From Terrimicrobiaceae bacterium (GTDB lineage: Bacteria; Verrucomicrobiota; Verrucomicrobiia; Chthoniobacterales; Terrimicrobiaceae): DNA of 25,511 bases. Both the position numbers and the translations under genes were made by a program. The notes under the pieces were generated by a model. It saw only the letters and a program-made list of their open reading frames with translations, made no database searches and was not told where the DNA came from. The stretch covers positions 1 through 25,511 of the forward strand of contig JBIIPZ010000038.1 of NCBI GenBank assembly GCA_044342325.1. Direction: 5' to 3'. This document shows, in pieces, positions 19,168-25,511 of the stretch (position 1 is the first letter of the stretch; each line of letters starts with the position of its first letter).

Positions 19168-20162
19168 ACGGTTTGGGAAAGCAGGATTTCAAGAGCGAGG
19201 CAAGCGATGCCGGGGATGAGGAACCACATGAAGAGGTCGCGGTATTGAGCGGTCTTTTCGACCTCGACCTTGGATTTTTCCAGCTTGTCGATCTCTCCAA
19301 AAATCGAGCGCAGCGAGTTGGTATCGGTGGCGCGGAAATACTGACCACTCGTCATGGCGGCGATTTCCTGAAGGGTCTTTTCATCGAATTTGACCAAAAC
19401 ATTGCGATAGACGGTTCGTCCAAATTGATTAGTGAGCGGAAACGGCGCCTCGCCTTCAGTGCCCGCTCCGATTGTATAAATACGGATACCAAGCGCCTTG
19501 GCAGCCTCGGCTGCAGTGAGGGGCTGCACCTTGCCGGCGTTGTTGTCGCCATCCGTGAGAACCACGATGAGCTTCGTCTTCGCCTCCTTGTCCTTGAGTC
19601 GGTTTGCAGCAGATGCAATGGCCGAACCGATCGCTGTGCCGTCCTCAACCAACCCAATGCGCAGACGCTCGAGATTCCGGATCAGCCAATCGTGATCGAG
19701 GGTGAGCGGACTGACGAGATAGGGGCGTCCGGCAAAGGCGACCAGGCCTATGCGGTCATTCGGACGCTCGCGGATGAATTGTTCGGTGACTAGCTTCACC
19801 GCGTCGATGCGATTGGCGCGGCGACTACCGATGGTGAAATCCTCCGCCAGCATCGAGCGTGAGACATCCAGCACGAGCATGATATCGACCCCCGTGGCCT
19901 GCACGCGTGTGGTCACGCGGCCAAGCTGCGGGCGGGCCAGCGCCACGATGAAGAGTGCCAGCGCCAGATAGGTCAGTGCGGCCAAAAACGCCCCCGCCCG
20001 GCTGCGTCGGCGGTTGCCGATTTTTGCGAGCATCGCGGTATTCGAAAAGGTCACGCCCGCTGTGCCTCCGAATTTACCTTTCAGCCAAGCAAGAAGCGGT
20101 ATGGTAAGAAGCAGGAGCAGAACCCAGGGATGGGCAAATGCGAAGCCTGACAAAGCACTCAT
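19149..20162 (-). CDS. batA: VWA domain protein BatA
   Basis: FAHPW N-terminus, ALARPQ, MIDAS DVSRS, SPLTLDH, GTAIG, TDGDNNAG and a C-terminal TM ending RRLP. Confidence 0.9.
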   Translation of the reverse strand: MSALSGFAFAHPWVLLLLLTIPLLAWLKGKFGGTAGVTFSNTAMLAKIGNRRRSRAGAFLAALTYLALALFIVALARPQLGRVTTRVQATGVDIMLVLDVSRSMLAEDFTIGSRRANRIDAVKLVTEQFIRERPNDRIGLVAFAGRPYLVSPLTLDHDWLIRNLERLRIGLVEDGTAIGSAIASAANRLKDKEAKTKLIVVLTDGDNNAGKVQPLTAAEAAKALGIRIYTIGAGTEGEAPFPLTNQFGRTVYRNVLVKFDEKTLQEIAAMTSGQYFRATDTNSLRSIFGEIDKLEKSKVEVEKTAQYRDLFMWFLIPGIACLALEILLSQTVWRRLP

Positions 20163-20689
20163 GCCGAACCTCCCGATTTGTCAGACTGCGCCTCGCCTCG
20201 AACCAACCGAGCAGCGATGTCGAGGAGGTCCAGCATTTCTCGCTCGCCAGCCTCAGCTCTTGCAAATTTCAGAAGATCGGTTTTTTCCAGAAACACCGTG
20301 AGACCAGCTTTCTCGTTATCGGTAAAAAGTGGATTGCACCGAATGGCATTGAGAAACTCCAATGAAGTCTGCGTGGTCGCCCCCAATCGATGCTCGGCGC
20401 GGATGTAGCTGCGAATCGAATCGGAAACCGTCACTCCAAATGCATAAGGCTCGGCTCCTGCGATCCCGCTGCGAAGGGCCTCCAGCGCAGCGAGGGCCTT
20501 CTGACGATTCGTCAGGGGCGTGGGCTTGCGAGTGAGAAGTTTTTTAAGCAGCCACACGATCCCGGCAAGGATCAGAAGCAGAGCAACCCCAGCGACAATC
20601 GTCATCCACAGGGGATACGGCCAAAACCAGACAGGCCCGACGATGTCATTCAGCGGGGCGGGAGTGGGACTTGATGCAGCGGGATTCAT
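20159..20689 (-). CDS. DUF4381-like membrane protein of the bat cluster
   Basis: LNDIVGPV followed by a TM helix, QTSLEFL and DLLKFA. Sits between DUF58 and batA with 4-nt overlaps on both sides. Confidence 0.7.
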   Translation of the reverse strand: MNPAASSPTPAPLNDIVGPVWFWPYPLWMTIVAGVALLLILAGIVWLLKKLLTRKPTPLTNRQKALAALEALRSGIAGAEPYAFGVTVSDSIRSYIRAEHRLGATTQTSLEFLNAIRCNPLFTDNEKAGLTVFLEKTDLLKFARAEAGEREMLDLLDIAARLVRGEAQSDKSGGSA

Positions 20690-21573
20690 GCGGCGAGTCG
20701 GCGTTCGCGTTGATCAAAAAACGCCCGGAGCGGTATCAGATAATCCTCGGCCGTAGAAAGGTGCACGACATCCACGCGACGGCTTCGCAGCAACCTATCC
20801 AGCGTCCTCATGCGCTCTTCGTTAAGTTCAAACAACCCCCGCCGGACGGCTCGACTCGAGGTATTCACATCGATCTGCGCGCCGGTTTCCGCATCTTCCA
20901 GTGTGACGATACCGACATCGGGCAACTCGCTCTCGCCGGGATCCGTGACCGGCATGGCAACCAAATCATGACGCCTGCTTGTAACCGTGAGCGCCTTCGT
21001 AAAGTCAGGCGCCATGAAATCCGAGATCATGAAAACCACAGCGCGACGCGAGATGACGCGATTCATGTAATCCAGCGCTCCGGCGAGGTTGGTTCCCCTC
21101 CCCTTGGGCTCGAAATAGAGCATTTCGCGAATCAAGCGCAGCGTGTGCAAACGGCCTTTCTTCGGCGGGATGAACAACTCGACCTCGTTGGTGAAAAGCA
21201 GCAACCCGACCTTGTCGTTGTTGTTGATGGCGCTGAAGGCGAGGATCGAGGCCACCTCGGCGGCCAGTTCACGCTTGCTGAGTTCGATGCTGCCAAAGAG
21301 ACCCGAGGCGCTCACATCCACGAGGAGCATGACCGTGAGTTCACGCTCTTCGGTGAATTTCTTGATATAGGGCACATTCATCCGCGCCGTGACATTCCAG
21401 TCGATGGAACGAATTTCATCGCCAGGAGCGTATTCCCGCACCTCCTCGAAATTCATGCCCCGGCCCTTGAACACGCTGTGGTATTGGCCGGCGAAGATCG
21501 AGTTCACCAGCCTGCGGGTGCGCAACTCGATGCGGCGGATTTTTTTGAGAATTTCCTTGGGATCTCGCGTCAT
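20686..21573 (-). CDS. DUF58 domain protein (VWA-like MoxR partner)
   Basis: GQYHSVFKGRGMNFEEVREY, IDWNVTAR, EERE, DVSAS, ISDF. Confidence 0.92.
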   Translation of the reverse strand: MTRDPKEILKKIRRIELRTRRLVNSIFAGQYHSVFKGRGMNFEEVREYAPGDEIRSIDWNVTARMNVPYIKKFTEERELTVMLLVDVSASGLFGSIELSKRELAAEVASILAFSAINNNDKVGLLLFTNEVELFIPPKKGRLHTLRLIREMLYFEPKGRGTNLAGALDYMNRVISRRAVVFMISDFMAPDFTKALTVTSRRHDLVAMPVTDPGESELPDVGIVTLEDAETGAQIDVNTSSRAVRRGLFELNEERMRTLDRLLRSRRVDVVHLSTAEDYLIPLRAFFDQRERRLAA

Positions 21574-21590
21574 GGCTTGCTTGGGAAACA

Positions 21591-21614
21591 GCCCTCCCGC
21601 TCGCGCGGGAAGGC
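21591..21614 (-). terminator. Intra-operon stem-loop (partial terminator or mRNA stabiliser) between moxR and DUF58
   Basis: The minus-strand RNA GCCUUCCCGC-GCGA-GCGGGAGGGC forms a 10-bp stem (one G-U pair) with a GNRA loop, followed by UGUUU. Confidence 0.6.
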
Positions 21615-21631
21615 ATCGGTTTTATCCAAAC

Positions 21632-22621
21632 TCAAGGCACCGGCACTCCGGCGAAGATTTGCTCGATGACCATCTCGGTGGTCACCGATTCCGCCTCCGC
21701 CTCGTAGCTCACGCCAATACGATGGCGGAGCACATCGAGACCCACGCTTTTCACATCCTGCGGGGTCACATAGCCGCGACCAGCGATGAAGGCGTTCGCT
21801 TTTGCCGCCAGCGTGAGAAAGATGGTCGCACGCGGAGAAGCTCCGTAACGCAGCATGCCGTCGAGCTTGAGCTTTGCCGCTGCGGGATCGCGAGTCGCCC
21901 ACACGATGTTGACAATGTAGTCCTTCACCCGGTCGTCCACATAGATGTCGTTCACCACTCCACGGGCTCGAATGATCTCCTCCGGGCCGACCACCGCGTC
22001 CACTCCAAGGCGCGGAGACGAAGTGGCCATGGCATCAAGGATCGAGCGCTCCTCTTCACGGGTCGGATACCCCACATGCACCTTGAGCATGAAACGGTCG
22101 AGCTGCGCTTCAGGCAGTTGATATGTGCCCTCCTGTTCGATCGGATTCTGCGTGGCCAGAACGAGGAAGGGATCCGGCAATTTGAAGGTCTGCTCGCCAA
22201 TCGTGACTTGTCGCTCCTGCATGGCCTCAAGCAAGGCGCTCTGCACCTTTGCCGGAGCGCGGTTGATTTCATCCGCAAGGATCAGATTTGAAAAAATCGG
22301 CCCCAGCTTTGTGCTGAACTCGCCATCGCGCGGATTGTAAATCAGCGTGCCGATGAGATCCGCCGGAAGGAGGTCCGGCGTGAACTGCAAACGCTGAAAG
22401 CCCGTGCGAATCGAGTTCGCCAGCGTGCGGACGGTGAGCGTCTTGGCCAAGCCAGGCACACCCTCGAGGAGGACATGGCCATTTGAGAGAAGTCCGATGA
22501 GGAGGCGGTGGACGAGGACTTTTTGTCCCACCACGACGCGGGAGACTTCATTGACGAGGGGTTCGACCCATTGGCGGTTTTCTTGAACTTGCTGGGTTAA
22601 TTCGGAGGTATTGATACTCAT
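21632..22621 (-). CDS. moxR: MoxR family AAA+ ATPase
   Basis: Walker A GVPGLAKT, RLQFTPDLLPAD, Walker B LADEINRAPAKVQSALLEAM, ATQNPIEQEGTY, DRF, GASPRA. Start set to ATG 22621 because the track's TTG at 22669 coincides with a -35 box. Confidence 0.95.
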   Translation of the reverse strand: MSINTSELTQQVQENRQWVEPLVNEVSRVVVGQKVLVHRLLIGLLSNGHVLLEGVPGLAKTLTVRTLANSIRTGFQRLQFTPDLLPADLIGTLIYNPRDGEFSTKLGPIFSNLILADEINRAPAKVQSALLEAMQERQVTIGEQTFKLPDPFLVLATQNPIEQEGTYQLPEAQLDRFMLKVHVGYPTREEERSILDAMATSSPRLGVDAVVGPEEIIRARGVVNDIYVDDRVKDYIVNIVWATRDPAAAKLKLDGMLRYGASPRATIFLTLAAKANAFIAGRGYVTPQDVKSVGLDVLRHRIGVSYEAEAESVTTEMVIEQIFAGVPVP

Positions 22622-22640
22622 TGAAAAAATCGAAGGCGGG

Positions 22641-22669
22641 ATTTTTGCGGTTGCGGAGGAATCTGACAA
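22641..22669 (-). promoter_or_regulatory. Probable sigma70-type promoter of the moxR-bat operon
   Basis: Minus strand TTGTCA-17 nt-AAAAAT, about 20 nt before ATG 22621. Confidence 0.45.
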
Positions 22670-22717
22670 GCGGCCTCTCTCATTCGTTCAAAAACAAAGA
22701 ACGAAACGGCTACGCCG

Positions 22718-23101
22718 CTAACGCACGAGGTAGGGGCCGACATCAAAATTGTCCCCCACCTTCACGGCATCGTAGCGCGCCTTGTCATTCAACCAAACCG
22801 TGTAGGGTTTCTTCGTCCCGTCCTTTTGAAGAACCTCGACCGTGATGATGTAGTCCCCATCCACCTTGTCGCTTCTCACATCTCCGCCCTTGTGAATCGT
22901 GATTTGCTTCTCCGGCTCAGCCATCGGCTTGAAATCCTTGGCCACAACCGTCCCAGTCATCTTGGCATCCGCAATGCCCGAGCCCATTTGCCAGACTGCA
23001 AAAAGAATGAACGAAAAAACCAGCACACCTAAGGCAAGAGCTTTGATCCATATCGAGGCTGGCGTCTTGGGATTGAAAACAGGCGGTGTCGCTTTTTTCA
23101 C
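22718..23101 (-). CDS. Hypothetical single-pass membrane protein
   Basis: 127 aa with a GTG start, one TM helix (WIKALALGVLVFSFILFAVW) and a beta-rich soluble domain. Fills the gap between moxR and the tRNA. Confidence 0.7.
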   Translation of the reverse strand: MKKATPPVFNPKTPASIWIKALALGVLVFSFILFAVWQMGSGIADAKMTGTVVAKDFKPMAEPEKQITIHKGGDVRSDKVDGDYIITVEVLQKDGTKKPYTVWLNDKARYDAVKVGDNFDVGPYLVR

Positions 23102-23180
23102 ACCGCAAACTTAGCACAGCATCCATCCCGGCCAATAGGAGTTTTTTTACCCCACCACGCAATTTTCAATCGATAAAACC

Positions 23181-23209
23181 TTGCGTCCGGACATTCACCA
23201 TCATACTTT
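23181..23209 (+). promoter_or_regulatory. Probable promoter of tRNA-Phe
   Basis: TTGCGT-17 nt-TACTTT, 14 nt before the tRNA. Confidence 0.45.
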
Positions 23210-23223
23210 CAACTCCCTCCCAC

Positions 23224-23296
<73 letters not shown>

Positions 23297-23441
23297 CTTT
23301 TCTTTTGAATCAACAACTTAATCCCATTGAGGGTTGAAATGTTACAAATTTTTCCGAGATCGCGAAAATGAATGGGAAAGCGATCTTAGTCTCATACGGA
23401 CGATCCCAGAAGCCTCCGCGACGTTCACCTTGCCCTTGCGT

Positions 23442-24326
23442 TCACCCCTTCACCGATCGCCGGTAGGCCAGCGGGGAGCAGCCGAGGATTTTCTGGAAGA
23501 TGCGGGAAAAGTAATATGGGTCGTCGTAGCCGAGTTTGGCCGCGACTTCTTTCACGCTCAGCGCCGTGGTGTCCAGATGATGGCATGCGGCCTGCATCCG
23601 GAGGCGGATGTGGTGATCGACAGGAGAGGATCCTGTCTGCTCGCGGAAGATCGCTGAGAAGCGGGTCGGCGAGAGTCCGGTGTGCCGTGAGAGTTCCTGA
23701 AGAGTCAGTGAGCGCGCGACATTGGCGCGCATGAATTCGATGCTCTTAGTCAAATCGTGTGCGATGGCGCGCGAACCACCTCTCAGGCTCCTTCCAGTCT
23801 GGAAAAACAAACGCCCCAGCACATACCTCAGGGTGTGGGACACAAGCAGCACAGTGCGCTCGGTAAGGCCGGTGGATGCCAACCGGTATGATTCCCGAAA
23901 CAATCGTGCGATTTCATTGGCATCAGCGGACGGGATCGAGAGCACATATTCATGGGTTGGCAGCAGACTCGCGTAGGAGGCCGCAGCCGTCCCCGCGAAG
24001 TGGGCCCAATGGATCGACCAGGGCGCGTGATCATCGGCACCGTAAGCGTGCGGTTTGTTAGCCGGGATGAAAATCACATCTCCGGCCGCAATGGTGAAGC
24101 GGCGTCCATCGATCTCGGTCCAGCCTTTACCTTTGGTGCAAAAAATCAAAATACATTCATCAAGACCGCGAGACCTCTCGATCGAATGCCGACGCGCTTT
24201 AGGATACCATCCGAGGCATTTGATGTGAAGGCCGACTCCAAGCGGGTGGCGGGCCACCTGGCAGAGCAAATTGGCGGGCAAGAAATGAATAATCTGCCCT
24301 GGAAACCACTGGGTCTTTGCTTTCAT
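23442..24326 (-). CDS. AraC family transcriptional regulator (cupin sensor + HTH)
   Basis: N-terminal cupin (HAYGADDHAPWSIHWAHF) and C-terminal double HTH (LSPTRFSAIFREQTG...VKEVAAKLGYDDPYYFSRIF). Confidence 0.93.
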   Translation of the reverse strand: MKAKTQWFPGQIIHFLPANLLCQVARHPLGVGLHIKCLGWYPKARRHSIERSRGLDECILIFCTKGKGWTEIDGRRFTIAAGDVIFIPANKPHAYGADDHAPWSIHWAHFAGTAAASYASLLPTHEYVLSIPSADANEIARLFRESYRLASTGLTERTVLLVSHTLRYVLGRLFFQTGRSLRGGSRAIAHDLTKSIEFMRANVARSLTLQELSRHTGLSPTRFSAIFREQTGSSPVDHHIRLRMQAACHHLDTTALSVKEVAAKLGYDDPYYFSRIFQKILGCSPLAYRRSVKG

Positions 24327-24333
24327 AGACGAT

Positions 24334-24370
24334 AAGATAGTCCATCTTTTTAGGAAGTTCGTCCATTTTC
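24334..24370 (+). promoter_or_regulatory. Tandem direct repeat, probable AraC-family operator
   Basis: AAGATAGTCCATCTTT (24334-24349) and AAGTTCGTCCATTTTC (24355-24370), period 21 bp, in the divergent araC/phyH intergenic region. Confidence 0.65.
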
Positions 24371-24403
24371 ATTTTTCTGAACAACGGCGAGTCTGATCTT
24401 CCT

Positions 24404-25258
24404 ATGAGCACCACATACTCACCGTCACCCACACTTCCCACATCCGTTGATTTGGATGAAATGAAAGCCTCATTCAAACAGCATGGCTACGCCGTAGCCC
24501 GCGGCCTCTTTTCTCAGGCTGAGGTCGAGGAAATCAAAATCAACTTCGCCCGCATCGCTGAGAACGGCCCGATTCCCGGACACTTTGACAAAGTCCCCAA
24601 AGAAGAATCCGGCGGCGATCCTTTGAAGGAATTCCCACGAGTCATGCACCCTCACAGATTTGACGCCTTATCGCGAAAGAATCTTGTCCATCCGGGAGTG
24701 CTTACCTGCCTGCGGGAACTCATGCAGGAAGATGTTCTCGCTGCACAGAGCATGTTTTACTACAAGCCACCGGGATCGCGTGGTCAGGCGATGCACCAAG
24801 ACAATTTCTATCTCCTGGTGGAGCCGCAAACCTGCGTGGCCGCATGGACCGCGATCGACGACGCCGACCCCGAAAATGGCGGCATGTATCTCGTCGCCGA
24901 CACGGCTGAAGAGGAAATCGCCTGCCCCGAGGCAGCCAACGCCGCCGAATCCTTCACCACGCACTTCGTCCCCACGCCGAAAGGCAAAAAGGCCGTTCCC
25001 TGCAAGATGAAGGCGGGAGACACCCTCTTCTTCAATGGCAGTTCCATCCATGGATCCGGCCCCAATCGCTCCAAGGACCGCTTCCGCCGTTCATTCATCT
25101 GCCACTATGTTCCGAAATCCACGCAGCGCATCAGCAGGCATTATCTCCCCCTGCTAACCCCCGAGGGGCAGGATGTCATTATAGAAGCCAACACCGGAGG
25201 GGGAGCCTGCGGCAAGCCCTGGGAGGCTGTCGCATATTGGGAAGGCGGCACGCATTGA
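24404..25258 (+). CDS. Phytanoyl-CoA dioxygenase (PhyH) family Fe(II)/2-oxoglutarate dioxygenase
   Basis: FKQHGY, QSMFYYKPPG, facial triad HQD...H (IHGSGPNRS), WTAIDDADPENGGM, RRSFICHY. Confidence 0.92.
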   Translation: MSTTYSPSPTLPTSVDLDEMKASFKQHGYAVARGLFSQAEVEEIKINFARIAENGPIPGHFDKVPKEESGGDPLKEFPRVMHPHRFDALSRKNLVHPGVLTCLRELMQEDVLAAQSMFYYKPPGSRGQAMHQDNFYLLVEPQTCVAAWTAIDDADPENGGMYLVADTAEEEIACPEAANAAESFTTHFVPTPKGKKAVPCKMKAGDTLFFNGSSIHGSGPNRSKDRFRRSFICHYVPKSTQRISRHYLPLLTPEGQDVIIEANTGGGACGKPWEAVAYWEGGTH

Positions 25259-25289
25259 TTGGTCGCGGAAATTCAACCAAGAAAAAAGC

Positions 25290-25511
25290 ATGAGCAAACC
25301 GACTCTCAAGCATTTCGCCAGCCTCTGGACACTTATGGATTATCCCAATAGTTCGTCGTCCGGCGAGTGCTCGATGGAGAAGAAAGTCGCGGCGATCAAA
25401 GAAGCAAGCTTTGACGGCTTCCAGTAGGCCGCCCTTCCCGAGTTGAAGGATTTGGCTGAAAAATACGACTTTGCCTTTCTCGGAGGCTGGCAAGCGAATG
25501 CAGGGAACTAT
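25290..25511 (+). pseudogene. Sugar phosphate isomerase/epimerase (xylose-isomerase-like TIM barrel) gene with in-frame TAG; partial at the window edge
   Basis: Reads MSKPTLKHFASLWTLMDYPNSSSSGECSMEKKVAAIKEASFDGFQ*AALPELKDLAEKYDFAFLGGWQANAGNY. The TAG is at 25425-25427 and the frame stays protein-like after it. The 'IKEAxFDG' motif is typical of AP_endonuc_2 proteins. Confidence 0.65.

Noticed and set aside
20671..22291. Long plus-strand ORFs (332 aa and 300 aa) antisense to DUF58 and moxR; likewise 3073-3909, 3931-4794, 5490-6419 and 10207-11106
   Set aside because: They mirror real genes codon for codon, as expected from codon bias, and show no recognisable domains.
22452..22475. MoxR Walker A reading GLAKT instead of GxGKT, as an inactivating change
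   Set aside because: GVPGLAKT is a normal variant in this MoxR subfamily.
25425..25427. Amber recoding (pyrrolysine or an alternative genetic code)
   Set aside because: TAG terminates several clear genes in this window and no pyl genes or suppressor tRNA are seen.
25179..25493. 104-aa minus-strand ORF at the right edge
   Set aside because: It is the antisense shadow of the plus-strand isomerase-like pseudogene and the phyH 3' end.

Overview
A 25.5 kb bacterial window, probably Verrucomicrobiota (Spartobacteria/Chthoniobacterales-like; inferred from protein families and gene order, not verified). Nearly all genes are on the minus strand. From left to right: (1) the 3' end of a probable IS transposase at the edge, missed by the ORF track; (2) a ppc-cysK-TPR-ABC transporter (ATPase, binding protein, fused permease) run; (3) an HdeD-like membrane protein plus a stand-alone polysaccharide export trio: a Wzc-type tyrosine autokinase, a short non-lipidated OPX protein and an outer-membrane beta-barrel, directly downstream of tRNA-Gly(GCC); (4) a complete moxR-DUF58-DUF4381-batA-batB/C-batD-batE cluster with an internal GNRA hairpin; (5) a small membrane protein and a divergent tRNA-Phe(GAA); (6) a probable accessory block of an AraC regulator, a divergent PhyH-family Fe/2OG dioxygenase and a TIM-barrel sugar isomerase-like gene broken by an in-frame TAG, with a tandem AraC-type operator at 21-bp period. 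The best candidates for under-described systems are the two-part OPX + beta-barrel translocon with no synthesis genes nearby, the AraC/PhyH/isomerase catabolic module, and an 'iron-type' ABC transporter that lacks the iron ligands. No CRISPR array, rRNA or phage genes were seen. All family assignments come from motif recognition, not database searches.
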